Numbered from the stretch's first letter, positions 11,048 through 21,096 are shown. The stretch: DNA of 64,000 nt from an uncultured delta proteobacterium (GCA_963716725.1 CAVQUB010000014.1:18097-82096); one strand, 5' to 3'. Program-made: numbers and translations. Notes: generated from the letters alone by a model not told the origin.

Positions 11048-11626
11048 CTGATCGTGGTCAGCGACTTCACGCGTGGTCCCGAGGCCACGCTGCTGGCGCG
11101 GATCGAGCGTTGCTTGTCGAGCGCGATGCCCGGCAGCGTGCTGGTCCAGCTGCGAGAACCCGATCTCGCGACGCGCGCGCGCCTCGCGCTCGGTCGGCGC
11201 CTGCTGGAAATCACTCGACGCCACCAGCAGCGCTTCGCCGTGAACGACCGCCTCGATCTCGCCCGCCTGCTCCAGGCGGACGCCGTGCACCTGGGTGAAG
11301 GCAGCGTCGGGGTCGCGGACGCCCGGCGGCTGATGCCCGACGCGTGGATCAGCTGCGCGTGGCACGCCAAGGCCTCGCCACCGGAGGGGGCCGATGCCCT
11401 GGTGCTCTCTCCGGTCTTCGAGGCGCGACACGGCCGGCCCGCGCTGGGTCTGGACGCGATCGGCAGCGCAGCCGGTGGGCCGCCGATCTACGCGCTCGGC
11501 GGCGTGACACCCGAGCACGCGGCGCGCGCCGTCGAGGCAGGAGCCGCGGGGGTCGCGGTGATCGGCGCGGTGATCGACCAAGACGATCCAGGGCCGCTGC
11601 TCGCTGCACTGGGCATGCTTCGGTGA
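11048..11626 (+). CDS. thiE: Thiamine phosphate synthase
   Basis: [15 protein letters not shown]…[26 protein letters not shown]. Start approximate. Confidence 0.85.
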   Translation: MIVVSDFTRGPEATLLARIERCLSSAMPGSVLVQLREPDLATRARLALGRRLLEITRRHQQRFAVNDRLDLARLLQADAVHLGEGSVGVADARRLMPDAWISCAWHAKASPPEGADALVLSPVFEARHGRPALGLDAIGSAAGGPPIYALGGVTPEHAARAVEAGAAGVAVIGAVIDQDDPGPLLAALGMLR

Positions 11627-11689
11627 GAGGCCGGGGTGGCGCCCACCCTTCACCGAGGCCCGGTCGCGGGGTATACCGCCTGCCGACCC

Positions 11690-14600
11690 ATGGCCGAGAC
11701 CCCCTTCGCCCCCGTTCCCACCGAGCTCGACTTTCCGCGCTACGAGCGGCAGATCCTCGAGTCTTTGGCGGTCTCGCCGCATCTTCGAGAAGTCCCTGGA
11801 GCTGCGGGCCGACGACGCACCGCACTTCGTCTTCTACGAGGGACCGCCGACCGCCAACGGGGTGCCGCACAACGGCCACGTGCTGACGCGCGTGATGAAG
11901 GATCTCTTCCCGCGCTACCAGTCGATGCTGGGCAAGCGAGTGCTGCGCAAGGGTGGATGGGACACGCACGGCTTGCCGGTCGAGGTCGAGGTCGAGAAAG
12001 AGCTGCGCATCCACGGCAAGGCCGCCATCGAAGCCTACGGCGTCGAGCCCTTCGTCGCCCGCTGCATCGAGAGCGTATTCCGCTACACCGCCGAGTGGGA
12101 GCGCCTGACCGAACGCATTGGCTTTTGGGTGAGCCTGCCCGACGCCTACGTGACCTTTCACAAGAGCTACGTGGAGAGCGTGTGGTGGGCGCTCTCGAAC
12201 TTGTTCGACAAGGGGCTGCTCTACCAGGGCCACAAGGTCGTATGGTGGTGGGCTCAGGGCGGCACCGCCCTGTCGAGCGCGGAGGTCGGCCTCGGGTACA
12301 AGAGCGTGGACGACCCCAGCGTGTTCGTGGCGTTCCCGCTCGTCGACGAGCCGGACACCGCGCTGGTGGTCTGGACCACGACGCCCTGGACCTTGCCGTC
12401 GAACGGCTACGCGGCGGTGCGACCTGGAGCGAGCTACGACGTGGTGCGAATCGGCGGCCCGCGGCCCCAGCAGGGCAAGGCCCCAAAAGAGCTGAAAACC
12501 GCCCAAAGCCAGCTGATCTTGGCCAGCGATTTGCGGGAGACCGTGGCCAGCAAGATCGGCCACGACCTCGAGGTCGTGAGGACCGTGCGCGGCGAGGAGC
12601 TGGTCGGCAAGCGCTACCTGCCGCCCTTCGACACCTATCATCGGGATCGCGCCGACGCGCGAGTGGCGCTCAAGGACGGCGGCGACGACGCCATGTGGTG
12701 GCGGGTCATCGCCGAAGACTTCGTGACCCTGGACACCGGCGCCGGCATCGTTCACGTCGCGCCGGCCTTCGGTGAAGACGACAACAAGGCGCACCAGAAG
12801 CAGCTCCGGCGTTACGCGAACCCGGACGAGGTGGAGCTGATCTGCGCGGTGCTTCCCGACGGCAGCTTCAAGCCCGAGGCGGGAAAATACGCCGGGCGCT
12901 GGGTCAAGGAGTGCGACAAGGAGATCCTCGCCGAGCTCGGCGAACGCCGCCTGCTGGTGCTTCGAGGAGCTGTACCGCCACGACTACCCCTTCTGCTGGC
13001 GCTCCGACGAGGATCCGCTGATCCAGATGGCGCGGCCCGCGTGGTTCATCCGCACCACGGAGCGCCTGGCCGACGCCATGGCGGACAACCAGGCGGTGAG
13101 CTGGCTGCCCGATCACATCAAAGAGGGGCGCTTCGGCGACTTCTTGCGCAACAACGTGGACTGGGCGCTGTCGCGCGAGCGCTTCTGGGGCACGCCGCTC
13201 AACGTCTGGGTGTGCCAGCGCGATCCGGAGCACAAACACGCGCCCAGCAGCGTGGCCGAGATCGAGCGCCTCGTCACCGACGGCGTTCAAGCACTTCTAC
13301 GAAGCCAAGAAGCTCGATCCGACGCTGAACCCCCACCTGATCGTGCACAAACCCTGGATCGACCAGGTGGTGTTCCCGTGCCCCAGCTGCGGGAGCCCAA
13401 TGCGTCGCGTGCCCGAGGTCATCGACTGCTGGTTCGACTCCGGCTGCATGCCCTTTGCGCAGTGGGGCTTCCCTCATCAAGAGGGCTCGCTCCAGAAGTT
13501 CGACGACGCCTTCCCCGCGGACTTCATCTGCGAGGCCATCGATCAGACCCGAGGCTGGTTCTACTCGCTCTTGATGATCTCGGCCTTGGTCTTCGACTCG
13601 GCGACCCAAGAGAAGGTCGGGCTCTCGACAGCCCCGCGCGCTTTCCTCATCCCTACAAGAGCTGCATCGTGCTCGGGCACGTCTGCGACAAAGAAGGCAA
13701 GAAGGAGAGCAAGAGCCGCGGCAACTACACGCCGCCGGAGATCATCCTGGACCGGGTGCGCATGGAGTTCGGGGTGCTCGCCGAGGCTCACGGCGCCAAG
13801 GCCGTCGAGGGCAAGGTGCTGATCGCGCGCGAGGATCTCGAGGGCATGGACCTGACGGAGGGCGCTCGAGTGGTGCTCTACCGCGCGGACGCGCCGGAGC
13901 AGAAGCGCGAGGTCGTGATCGAGGCGCAGAAGAAGCTGCCCCGGCGGGTGGCGCTGATTTCGGAGGCGGATCGCGCGGCTCTCGCGCTGGAGCCCATCGC
14001 CGCCGGCCTCGAGGCGAGGGTGGTCGAAGTGCCGCGAGCGCCGGTGGCCCAGCGGGTCACCATCGAAGACGAGAGCACGCCGGCACCGGGCGCCGACGCG
14101 TTTCGCTGGTTCTTCTACGCCGCCAGCCCTCCCTGGTCGAACACCCGTCACAGCCTGAGCAACGTGCGTCTCCTGCAGAAGGACTTCCACGTCAAGCTGC
14201 GCAACGTCTACTCGTTCTTCACCATCTACGCGAACATCGACGGCTGGAGTCCGACCGAGCCCGAGCACGCTGGGCGTCCGGCAGCGGAGCGCTGTCTGCT
14301 CGATCGCTGGTTGCTCTCCGAGCTCGCCATCACGGTGAGGGACGTGCGCAGCGCCCTCGACGGCTACCTGGCCTATGACGCGGCGCTCAGGCTGATCGAT
14401 CTGACCGAGGCGCTCTCGAACTGGTACGTGCGGCGCAGCCGGCCGCGCTTCTGGGCCAAGGGGCTCGAGGCAGACAAGCGGGACGCCTACGCCACGCTGT
14501 ATCAGGCGCTCACGACCCTGGCCGAGCTCGCGGCGCCCTTTATTCCGTTTTTCAGCGAGGAAATTTACCAGAACCTGGTGGTGCGTGCGGGCCTGCCCGG

Positions 14601-15420
14601 GGCTCGCGAGAGCGTGCACTTCGCCGACTACCCGACAGTGGATGCGAGCGTGGTCGACGAGGGGCTCGCAGGCGAGATGGCGGCCGTGCGTCAAGTCGTG
14701 AGCCTGGGGCTGTCCGTGCGTACCGCGAATCGCCTGAAGGTGCGGCAGCCGCTCGCGCGCGCCGACGTGGTGTTCAACGACAAACAAACGCTGGAGCGTC
14801 TGGGCAGTCACCGCTCGCTGATCGCCGAAGAGCTGAACGTGCACGATGTTCAGTTCATGTTTCCCGGCCACGAAGCAGGCGCGGTGAGCTTCAAGCTCAA
14901 GCCCAACTTCCGCACTCTTGGGCCCCGGCTCGGCAAGCGCGTTCAAGAGGTCAAGCAAGCCTTGGACCGGGCGGACGGATCGACGCTGCACGCCGAGCTG
15001 TCGAAGAGCGGCAAGATCGTGCTCGATCTCGCCGGCGAGCAGCTCGAGTTTTCCAGCGACGAGGTCGAGGTGAGCGTGTCTGCTGCCCCGGGTTTTGCCG
15101 CGGAGACGGGCAAGATCGGCGTGGTCGTGCTGCACACCACGCTCACCGAGGCGCTGGTCGAAGAGGGTCTGGTCCGGGATCTGGTCAGCAAGATCCAACA
15201 GGCCCGCAAGGAGATCGGCCTCGAATTCACCGATCGAGTTCGCCTCTGGATCGGCGGCAGCGAGCGGCTGCGGCGCATCGTCGCCGAGAGCTGCGCACAC
15301 TTGTCTACCGAGTGCCTCGCCGGGGAGGTCGTCGAGGGCGAGCTCGCGTCGGCGCCGGCCGGGGCGAGGGAGCACCAGATCGGTGACGAGACCGTGGCGG
15401 TCCACCTGGAAAAGATCTGA
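11690..15420 (+). CDS. ileS: Isoleucine--tRNA ligase, type 2-like (about 4 frameshifts, near 11770, 12960, 13290, 13640)
   Basis: [87 protein letters not shown], type-2 C-terminus ([29 protein letters not shown]). Confidence 0.95.
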
Positions 15421-15462
15421 GCGAGATGGCCTCCGCTGAGGCTCTCGCGTAGCATCGGGCAG

Positions 15463-16297
15463 ATGGGCAAGCTGGCATCTCGAGTGCTCGCGTTGGCGGT
15501 CGCGTCGGGCTGCTGGTCCTGTGGATCGGACCAAGATCGCCCGAGCAACTTTCACGTTGCGAGCGGCGGCGGGTGGTGGTGGCGGCGGTGGTGGCGGCGG
15601 TGGCTTGGGCGGCGCGCCCTGCACGCCGGTTCCCGGGCAAGGCAGCACCATCGCCGGCAACCTCGTCACCTACGACGTGTACCTGGAGGACGTTCTGGCC
15701 TTCGATGGGCAGGCGGAGCTCACCATGGCGGGCGCCACCTGCCCGTGGGTCTCGGCGAAGTACGACGCCTCGCAGCTCAACCCCGATGGCGGCCCCCCCA
15801 GCTTCGTGATCGACGGGGCCAAGGGACTGTCACCCTCGTTCGTGCACATCTACCAAGAGCCCACCAGCTCCCAGCCGGTGGTCCCGACCCTGATCGCCGT
15901 GGACTCGAACTCGGATCAGAACATCCTCGACCGCTTTGGCTTCGTGCGCGCGCAGGGCATCGACGAAGCCTACGCGGCCACGGGCGTGGCGAAGGCTGAC
16001 GACAAAGGCACGGTGCTCGTGCAAGTCGTGGAAAAGCCAGGCGTGCCCCTGGCGTCGGCGCAGGTCGACATGGGGACCAACGCCGCGCCGGCCTACCCGG
16101 GCGTCGCCGGTTGGCAGCTCGGGGGTGAGACCGACTCGAGGGGCGTCGCGCTGATGCTCAACGCCGCGGCCAAGCCCTTCCCGGGGCAATCGGCGTCCAT
16201 CAACCTGGCCATCGGGAGCACCAAAGAGTCGTTCAAATGCCCGGTCGAGGCCGGCGCCGTGACCATCTGCTGGATCCGTCCCACCACGGGGTTTTGA
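15463..16297 (+). CDS. Lipoprotein with Gly linker (frameshift in the G-rich run near 15570); paralog of 31554..32360
   Basis: MGKLASRVLALAVASGCWSCG lipobox, then ORF 15521..16297. Confidence 0.7.
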
Positions 16298-17949
16298 TGT
16301 TGCGAACCACCACCGGGCTTGGCGTCGCACTGCTGCTCTCCGCGGGCGTGGCCCGCGCAGCGGATGTGCCGGCCAGTCCCGCCGACTACGCGTCGAAGCT
16401 GGCGGGGCTGAAGCCGGGCGACACCCTGAAGCTCGCGCCGGGCGACTACAAGTCCGGCATGAACCTGTTCAACGTGCACGGAGCAGCGGGCGCGGCCATC
16501 GTGATCGAGGGGCCCCCGAGCGGCGCGCCCGCGCGCTTCTTGGGCGTGAACGGCAAGAACACCATCGACATTCGCGACGCCAGCTTCGTCACCATCAGGA
16601 ACTTGCTGCTCGACGGGCAGAACATCGACGGCGTGGACGCGATCAAGGCCGGGGGGCAGGCCTCGAACTTCGCGCACCACATCACCATCGAGGGCTGCAC
16701 CATCACGGGTCACGATGGCGGACAAACCAACCAGCAGATCGTGGGCATCAGCACCAAGATCGTGGCCTGGGACTGGGTGATCCGGAAGAACGTCTTCGAC
16801 GGCGCCGGCACCGGCGCTTATCTGGGCAACTCCGACGGAACGCGGGCCTTCATTGGCGGGCTGATCGAGAACAACCTGTTCAAGAAGACGCTTGGCTACA
16901 ACATGCAGGTGAAGCACCAGCTCCACCGCCAGCAGGCCGACGTGCCCAGCGTGCCCACGGACAAACGCGTCACCATCATCAGGCACAACGTCTTCATCAA
17001 GCAGAACTTGCCGAGCCCCGACGGAGCGCGGCCCAATCTCTTGGCGGACGGCTTTCCGGCGAGCGGTCCGGGCAGCGACGATCACTACGAAATTTACGGC
17101 AACTTTTTTTTCCACAACGACGGCGATGCGCTGTTTCAGGGCAACGGCCGGATCCATTTTCACGACAACCTCCTGGTCGACTCGAAGTTCCCGGCGGTGC
17201 GCCTGGCCGCCCATCAAGGCAAGACCGTGATCGACGCGCTGGTGTACGACAACACCATCTACGACACCGCCAGCGGTATCTCGTTCGGGAGCGCGCCGAG
17301 CGGACAGAAGCTGGTGGCCGGCAACGCCATCTTTTCACCGCAGCCGCTGTCAGGCGTCACCGGTGCGATCGACAACGTCACTGGCACCGTGGCCGACGCG
17401 CTGAGCCACGTGGTCAGCCCGAGCAAGACCCTGGGACAGATGGACTTCTTCCCGAAGCCCGGCAGCAAGCTGAAGGCCGCGGCCGTCGACCTGTCGAGCG
17501 TCAAGGCTGACGTCGACTTCGATCGCGACTTCAACGGAACGCAGCGCGACTTCACCTACCGCGGCGCCTATCAGGGTGAGGGCACCAACCCCGGGTGGAA
17601 ACCCGACGCGACGCTGAAGGGCACGACGGGGAGCGGCGGGACAGGCGGCGGCGGCAGTGGGGGAGCTGGGACGGGCGGCGCAAGCGCGGGCGCCGGCGGC
17701 GCGAGCACGGGCGGCGCGAGCACGGGCGGCGCGAGCACAGGCGGCGCGAGCACGGGCGGCGCGGGCACGGGCGGCGCGAGCACGGGCGGCGCGAGCACAG
17801 GCGGCGCGAGCACGGGCGGCGCGAGCACGGGCGGCGCGGATGACGATGGCGGTTGCGGCTGCAGGACGGCGCCCGTCGGCGGGAGCCTGCCATTCACGGT
17901 CGTGCTGGGCGCGGGGCTCGCGTTGGGCGCGCGCCGGCGCAGGCGCTAG
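16297..17949 (+). CDS. Secreted right-handed beta-helix protein with MYXO-CTERM sorting signal
   Basis: Signal peptide, LKPGDTLKLAPGDY cap, repeated ITIEGC/IENNLF/IRHNVF/IYGNFF coils, GGAST linker, GCGCRT + TM + RRRRR. Confidence 0.85.
   Translation: MLRTTTGLGVALLLSAGVARAADVPASPADYASKLAGLKPGDTLKLAPGDYKSGMNLFNVHGAAGAAIVIEGPPSGAPARFLGVNGKNTIDIRDASFVTIRNLLLDGQNIDGVDAIKAGGQASNFAHHITIEGCTITGHDGGQTNQQIVGISTKIVAWDWVIRKNVFDGAGTGAYLGNSDGTRAFIGGLIENNLFKKTLGYNMQVKHQLHRQQADVPSVPTDKRVTIIRHNVFIKQNLPSPDGARPNLLADGFPASGPGSDDHYEIYGNFFFHNDGDALFQGNGRIHFHDNLLVDSKFPAVRLAAHQGKTVIDALVYDNTIYDTASGISFGSAPSGQKLVAGNAIFSPQPLSGVTGAIDNVTGTVADALSHVVSPSKTLGQMDFFPKPGSKLKAAAVDLSSVKADVDFDRDFNGTQRDFTYRGAYQGEGTNPGWKPDATLKGTTGSGGTGGGGSGGAGTGGASAGAGGASTGGASTGGASTGGASTGGAGTGGASTGGASTGGASTGGASTGGADDDGGCGCRTAPVGGSLPFTVVLGAGLALGARRRRR
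17695..17838 (+). repeat. 15-bp coding tandem repeat (GGAST), about 9 copies
   Basis: ggcggcgcgagcacg units. Confidence 0.9.
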
Positions 17950-18003
17950 TACCGCGCGGCAGAAGTTTCGCTGGTTTCTTTTCCGTGTGCGTGTCGAAAC
18001 CAA

Positions 18004-18120
18004 ACGCGCCAACTTCTCGCACGAGGCTCGTTCACGTCAACCGACGACCTTGCGGCGAAGATCGACGCGTACGTCGCGTGGTAGCCGCAGACCGACCCAC
18101 CCTTTCGCTGGTCGTACCGC
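18004..18120 (+). pseudogene. IS630 family transposase C-terminal remnant
   Basis: Translates TRQLLARGSFTSTDDLAAKIDAYVAW*PQTDPPFRWSY, matching the IS630 C-terminal pattern RGSFxSxxxLxxxIxxYxxxxN…PFxW; in-frame TAG at 18082. Confidence 0.75.
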
Positions 18121-18205
18121 CCCAAGTCGTGGGCCGAATCCAGAATAATCCCTCACTTTCTGCGAAGAAAGCCGCAACTGTTTCGGAGTGAGGCCCGACC
18201 CCACG

Positions 18206-18389
18206 GGGATGGCACAGGAAGGGCGAAAGCTCGGAAGATTTCATCCTGGCGGCGGACTGGGACCGGGCAGAGTGAGCACGGGATGGCACAGGAAGGGCGA
18301 AAGCTCGGAAGATTTCATCCTGGCGGCGGACTGGGACCGGGCAGAGTGAGCACGGGATGGCACAGGAAGGGCGAAAGCTCGGAAGATTT
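18206..18389 (+). repeat. Three 36-bp direct repeats separated by two identical 38-bp spacers
   Basis: gggatggcacaggaagggcgaaagctcggaagattt at 18206, 18280 and 18354; spacer catcctggcggcggactgggaccgggcagagtgagcac twice. Confidence 0.95.
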
Positions 18390-18852
18390 GGGGATGGGAC
18401 GGACGAGGTGATCGGTGCGCTGATCGAGGTGCATCGGCATCTCGGTCCAGGGCTGATGGAATCCGCATACGAGGCTTGTCTATCTGCCGAGCTGTCCGAA
18501 CGACGGCTCAAGTTCGAGCGGCAGCGACCGCTACCAATCCGCTGCGGGGGCGTGCACCTTGACAGCGCCTATCGCCTCGACCTGGTCGCTTCCAGATCAT
18601 ATCCTCCTGGAACTCAAGGCGGTCGAGCGGCTGCTCCCGATTCATGAAGCGCAGGTCATCACCTATCTGCGCCTTTCGCAGTTGCCTGTCGGCCTGCTCG
18701 TCAACTTCAACGTGACCGCGCTCAGAAATGGCCTGCGGAGGCTCACGCCTGACCACCCCAAATCCTTCCGCTCTTCCGCCCTTCCTGTGAGAGCCCAAAT
18801 GAGCGCGGGTCTCAGGGGCGAATCCACTCGAACTTCAGCCGTGCGGCGCTAG
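18357..18852 (+). CDS. GxxExxY protein (PD-(D/E)XK superfamily), +1 frameshift near 18594
   Basis: VIGALIEVHRHLGPGLMESAYEACL…YRLDLVAS | DHILLELKAVERLLPIHEAQVITYLRLSQLPVGLLVNFN. Confidence 0.9.
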
Positions 18853-18855
18853 CGC

Positions 18856-19188
18856 TCAGCGCAACGTGACGGCGCGCCCAAGCTTGTCGCCGACCACTCG
18901 TTCAATGGTCGACCAGAGCTCGTCGTCGGTCTTGTGCGCCACCCAGGCGGAGCGCTCCGGATCCCAGTCGAAGTGCCAGGCGGTGTGGTCGGCGGCCATC
19001 CAGATTTGTCGCGCGGCGCGGTGCGAGTTCACCACGAAGCGACCACCCGCGCCGAAGTCGAGGGTCAAGATGTCGTTCGACAGCTCGGGATCGAGGCCGT
19101 CGAGGTCGAGTCGATCAAGAGCGTCGATCAGCGCGCGCAGCTCCGGGAGCGCACGCGCTTCGTACTCGGCCTCGGTGAGCGAGCTCAC
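18856..19188 (-). CDS. cyaY: Iron donor protein CyaY (frataxin family)
   Basis: DILTLDF…FVVNSHRAARQIWMAA…WHFDW…ELWSTIERVV. Confidence 0.85.
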   Translation of the reverse strand: MSSLTEAEYEARALPELRALIDALDRLDLDGLDPELSNDILTLDFGAGGRFVVNSHRAARQIWMAADHTAWHFDWDPERSAWVAHKTDDELWSTIERVVGDKLGRAVTLR

Positions 19189-19595
19189 TGGGTGGGTGCC
19201 GGCGCAGGTCCGGGAGTCGCCCCGCCCATCGCCGGAACGCAGGCCGGAGAGATGCACTGGTTGCCCGGCGCGCAGTCGTTGTTGGTCTGGCAAGGCCACG
19301 CGCACTTGCCCGCGGCGGTGTTGCACCGGTGGGTGAGGCAGGCCGAGTCGTTCTGACAGGGGAAAGCCATGGCGCCAGGAGTACTCATCCCGGCCGCCGT
19401 GGGCTGGGGCGCCGGCTGCCCGTAGCCGGGTTGCTGCCCGTAGCCGGGTTGCTGCCCGTAGCCGGGCTGCCCGTAGCCGGGTTGCCCGTAGCCACCCTGT
19501 TGGGGCGGAGGCTCTTCGTCCTTCTTCTTGCAACCAACTATGACGAGCGCCGAAACGACGGTCGATACCACCAGACCAAGCAGGGCTTTCCGCAT
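19185..19595 (-). CDS. Lipoprotein with QQPGYG repeats and Cys-rich C-terminus
   Basis: IVGC lipobox, (Q)QPGYG about 5 copies, CQNDSAC…CQTNNDC…C. Confidence 0.8.
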   Translation of the reverse strand: MRKALLGLVVSTVVSALVIVGCKKKDEEPPPQQGGYGQPGYGQPGYGQQPGYGQQPGYGQPAPQPTAAGMSTPGAMAFPCQNDSACLTHRCNTAAGKCAWPCQTNNDCAPGNQCISPACVPAMGGATPGPAPAPTQ

Positions 19596-19729
19596 TGGGA
19601 TCTCCTCGGGATTAAGTACTTGGACGACTGAGAGGGGTCAACTCATCAAAGACCCCGCAAGACTCAATAAAATCTCGGAATCGGCGGGGGACGACCCGGC
19701 GATCGGTGCTACCTTCGGGGTTCGAGCGG

Positions 19730-20956
19730 ATGGGGAACAGGGGCGCGGGGGAACCGTCGACTGGGGCCGTTGTCGGGGCAGGCAACGGCGCCGAACCGCG
19801 AATTTTGGCGGATTTGCGCGCGGCAATCCGGCGCAAACCGGCCCATGAGGCGCGCCTCGCCGGGGTCCTCCGGGCGCTCTGCCCGTACTCGGCCTCGCTC
19901 CGCGACGTCATGAGTGACGCCCTGGAAACGCTGGTGAGCCGCCGCTCTTACACCCGGCCACTGTACGCCGCGGCAGCGCGCTCCCTGGCCGCCGCAGGCG
20001 ACCGCCGGGTCGGAGACCAGCTGCGGCGGGCCCTCGGCGCCGAGGACGTCGGCGGGCTGCCCACCCTGTGCGCGGCCTGCTTCAGCGCCGACCCCGCGCT
20101 CGGTGAACCCTTGTCCCGCGTCGCTACCAACCGCCATCCGCACCTCGCGCTGGCGGCGGAGGTGGCCCGCGTCGCCCGACGTGAGTCCGATGGAACTCAC
20201 GTCGCGTCACTGGCGCCGAAGATCAAGGAGAGCCATCGGATCGAGCTGTGCACGGAGCTCTTCGTTCCGCTGCTCGGGCTGCGGTCGGCGCTCACGGGCG
20301 TGGGCCCCGCGCTCGCGGTGCTGCGGGACGCGGAGCGACACCTGGGTCGTTGGTTGGTGCTGGGGCAAATCGCGACCCGCGCCGGCGATCCCGGTCCGCT
20401 GCTCGAAGCGCACGAACGCGCCACCTCGGGCCCCGCCAGTGCGCGCGCGGCTTGGGCGATGGTGGCCTGGGCACTCGAAGAGGGCCGGCGCGAGCCACCA
20501 GACGTGCGTCCGAATGTCGAGCTTGTCGCGCGTCTCTCGGATCGTCCGAGCTCCGACCGCGACACCACGTTTCTGTATCGCTTGGCGGCAGCGGGCGCGC
20601 CGAGCGCACGGTCGATGCTCGAGAGCGTCGCCAAGAGCAGCGTCTTGTCGAACGACGGCGCGGTGCGCGCGGCGCTCTATCTCGCGCGCGATCACGCCCG
20701 AGACGATCTCCGCGACGCGCTGGTGGCGGTGGCCGGCAGCGCAAAGCGAGAAGCGCTGCGCGGCCTGGCGACCGCTGCGCTCTGGGATCTCGGCGACCGA
20801 GAACGCGCCCTGGCGCTGCTGCCGGCCCTTGGGGCGAGCCGCCAGCTCTCGACGCTGGCCTGGGGGGCGCTGCTCAGCTCGGCCCAGGCCGGCAAAATCG
20901 ACGTCGTGCTCACGGAGTCGTCGTATCGTCGCGTCCAACTCGGATGGATCGACTGA
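19730..20956 (+). CDS. HEAT-repeat-like helical hypothetical protein
   Basis: Long Ala/Leu-rich ORF with VRAALYL and LRGLATAALWDLGD helical repeats. Confidence 0.6.
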   Translation: MGNRGAGEPSTGAVVGAGNGAEPRILADLRAAIRRKPAHEARLAGVLRALCPYSASLRDVMSDALETLVSRRSYTRPLYAAAARSLAAAGDRRVGDQLRRALGAEDVGGLPTLCAACFSADPALGEPLSRVATNRHPHLALAAEVARVARRESDGTHVASLAPKIKESHRIELCTELFVPLLGLRSALTGVGPALAVLRDAERHLGRWLVLGQIATRAGDPGPLLEAHERATSGPASARAAWAMVAWALEEGRREPPDVRPNVELVARLSDRPSSDRDTTFLYRLAAAGAPSARSMLESVAKSSVLSNDGAVRAALYLARDHARDDLRDALVAVAGSAKREALRGLATAALWDLGDRERALALLPALGASRQLSTLAWGALLSSAQAGKIDVVLTESSYRRVQLGWID

Positions 20957-21096
20957 AGGTCTGTCGAAGAATGGCGGAGCGCAAGCCGGCGGAGCCGGCC
21001 CACCCCGTCGGGTATCGCGAAGCGCGTCGCGTGGGGTGGGGCCCCAACGAATTCACTTCGGTGGGGCGGGGAGGCGCGTGCCTCCCCGATGACAAA

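Larger units (their letters stand above)
17947..18851. mobile_element. IS630-derived non-autonomous element carrying a GxxExxY cassette (copy 1)
   Basis: Left end TA|GTACCGCGCGGCAGAAGTT (17947-17967); right end reverse complement TA|GCGCCGCACGGCTGAAGTT (18831-18851), 15/19 match; TA at both ends; reconstructed empty site gcgcTAgcgc. Confidence 0.75.

Noticed and set aside
13756..14088. Intein in IleRS
   Set aside because: No N-terminal Cys/Ser with a C-terminal His-Asn followed by Cys/Ser/Thr, and no LAGLIDADG motif.
18206..18389. Bona fide CRISPR array
   Set aside because: The two spacers are identical, no cas genes were recognised in the window, and the repeat includes the start codon of the GxxExxY gene. 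Kept as a repeat finding only.
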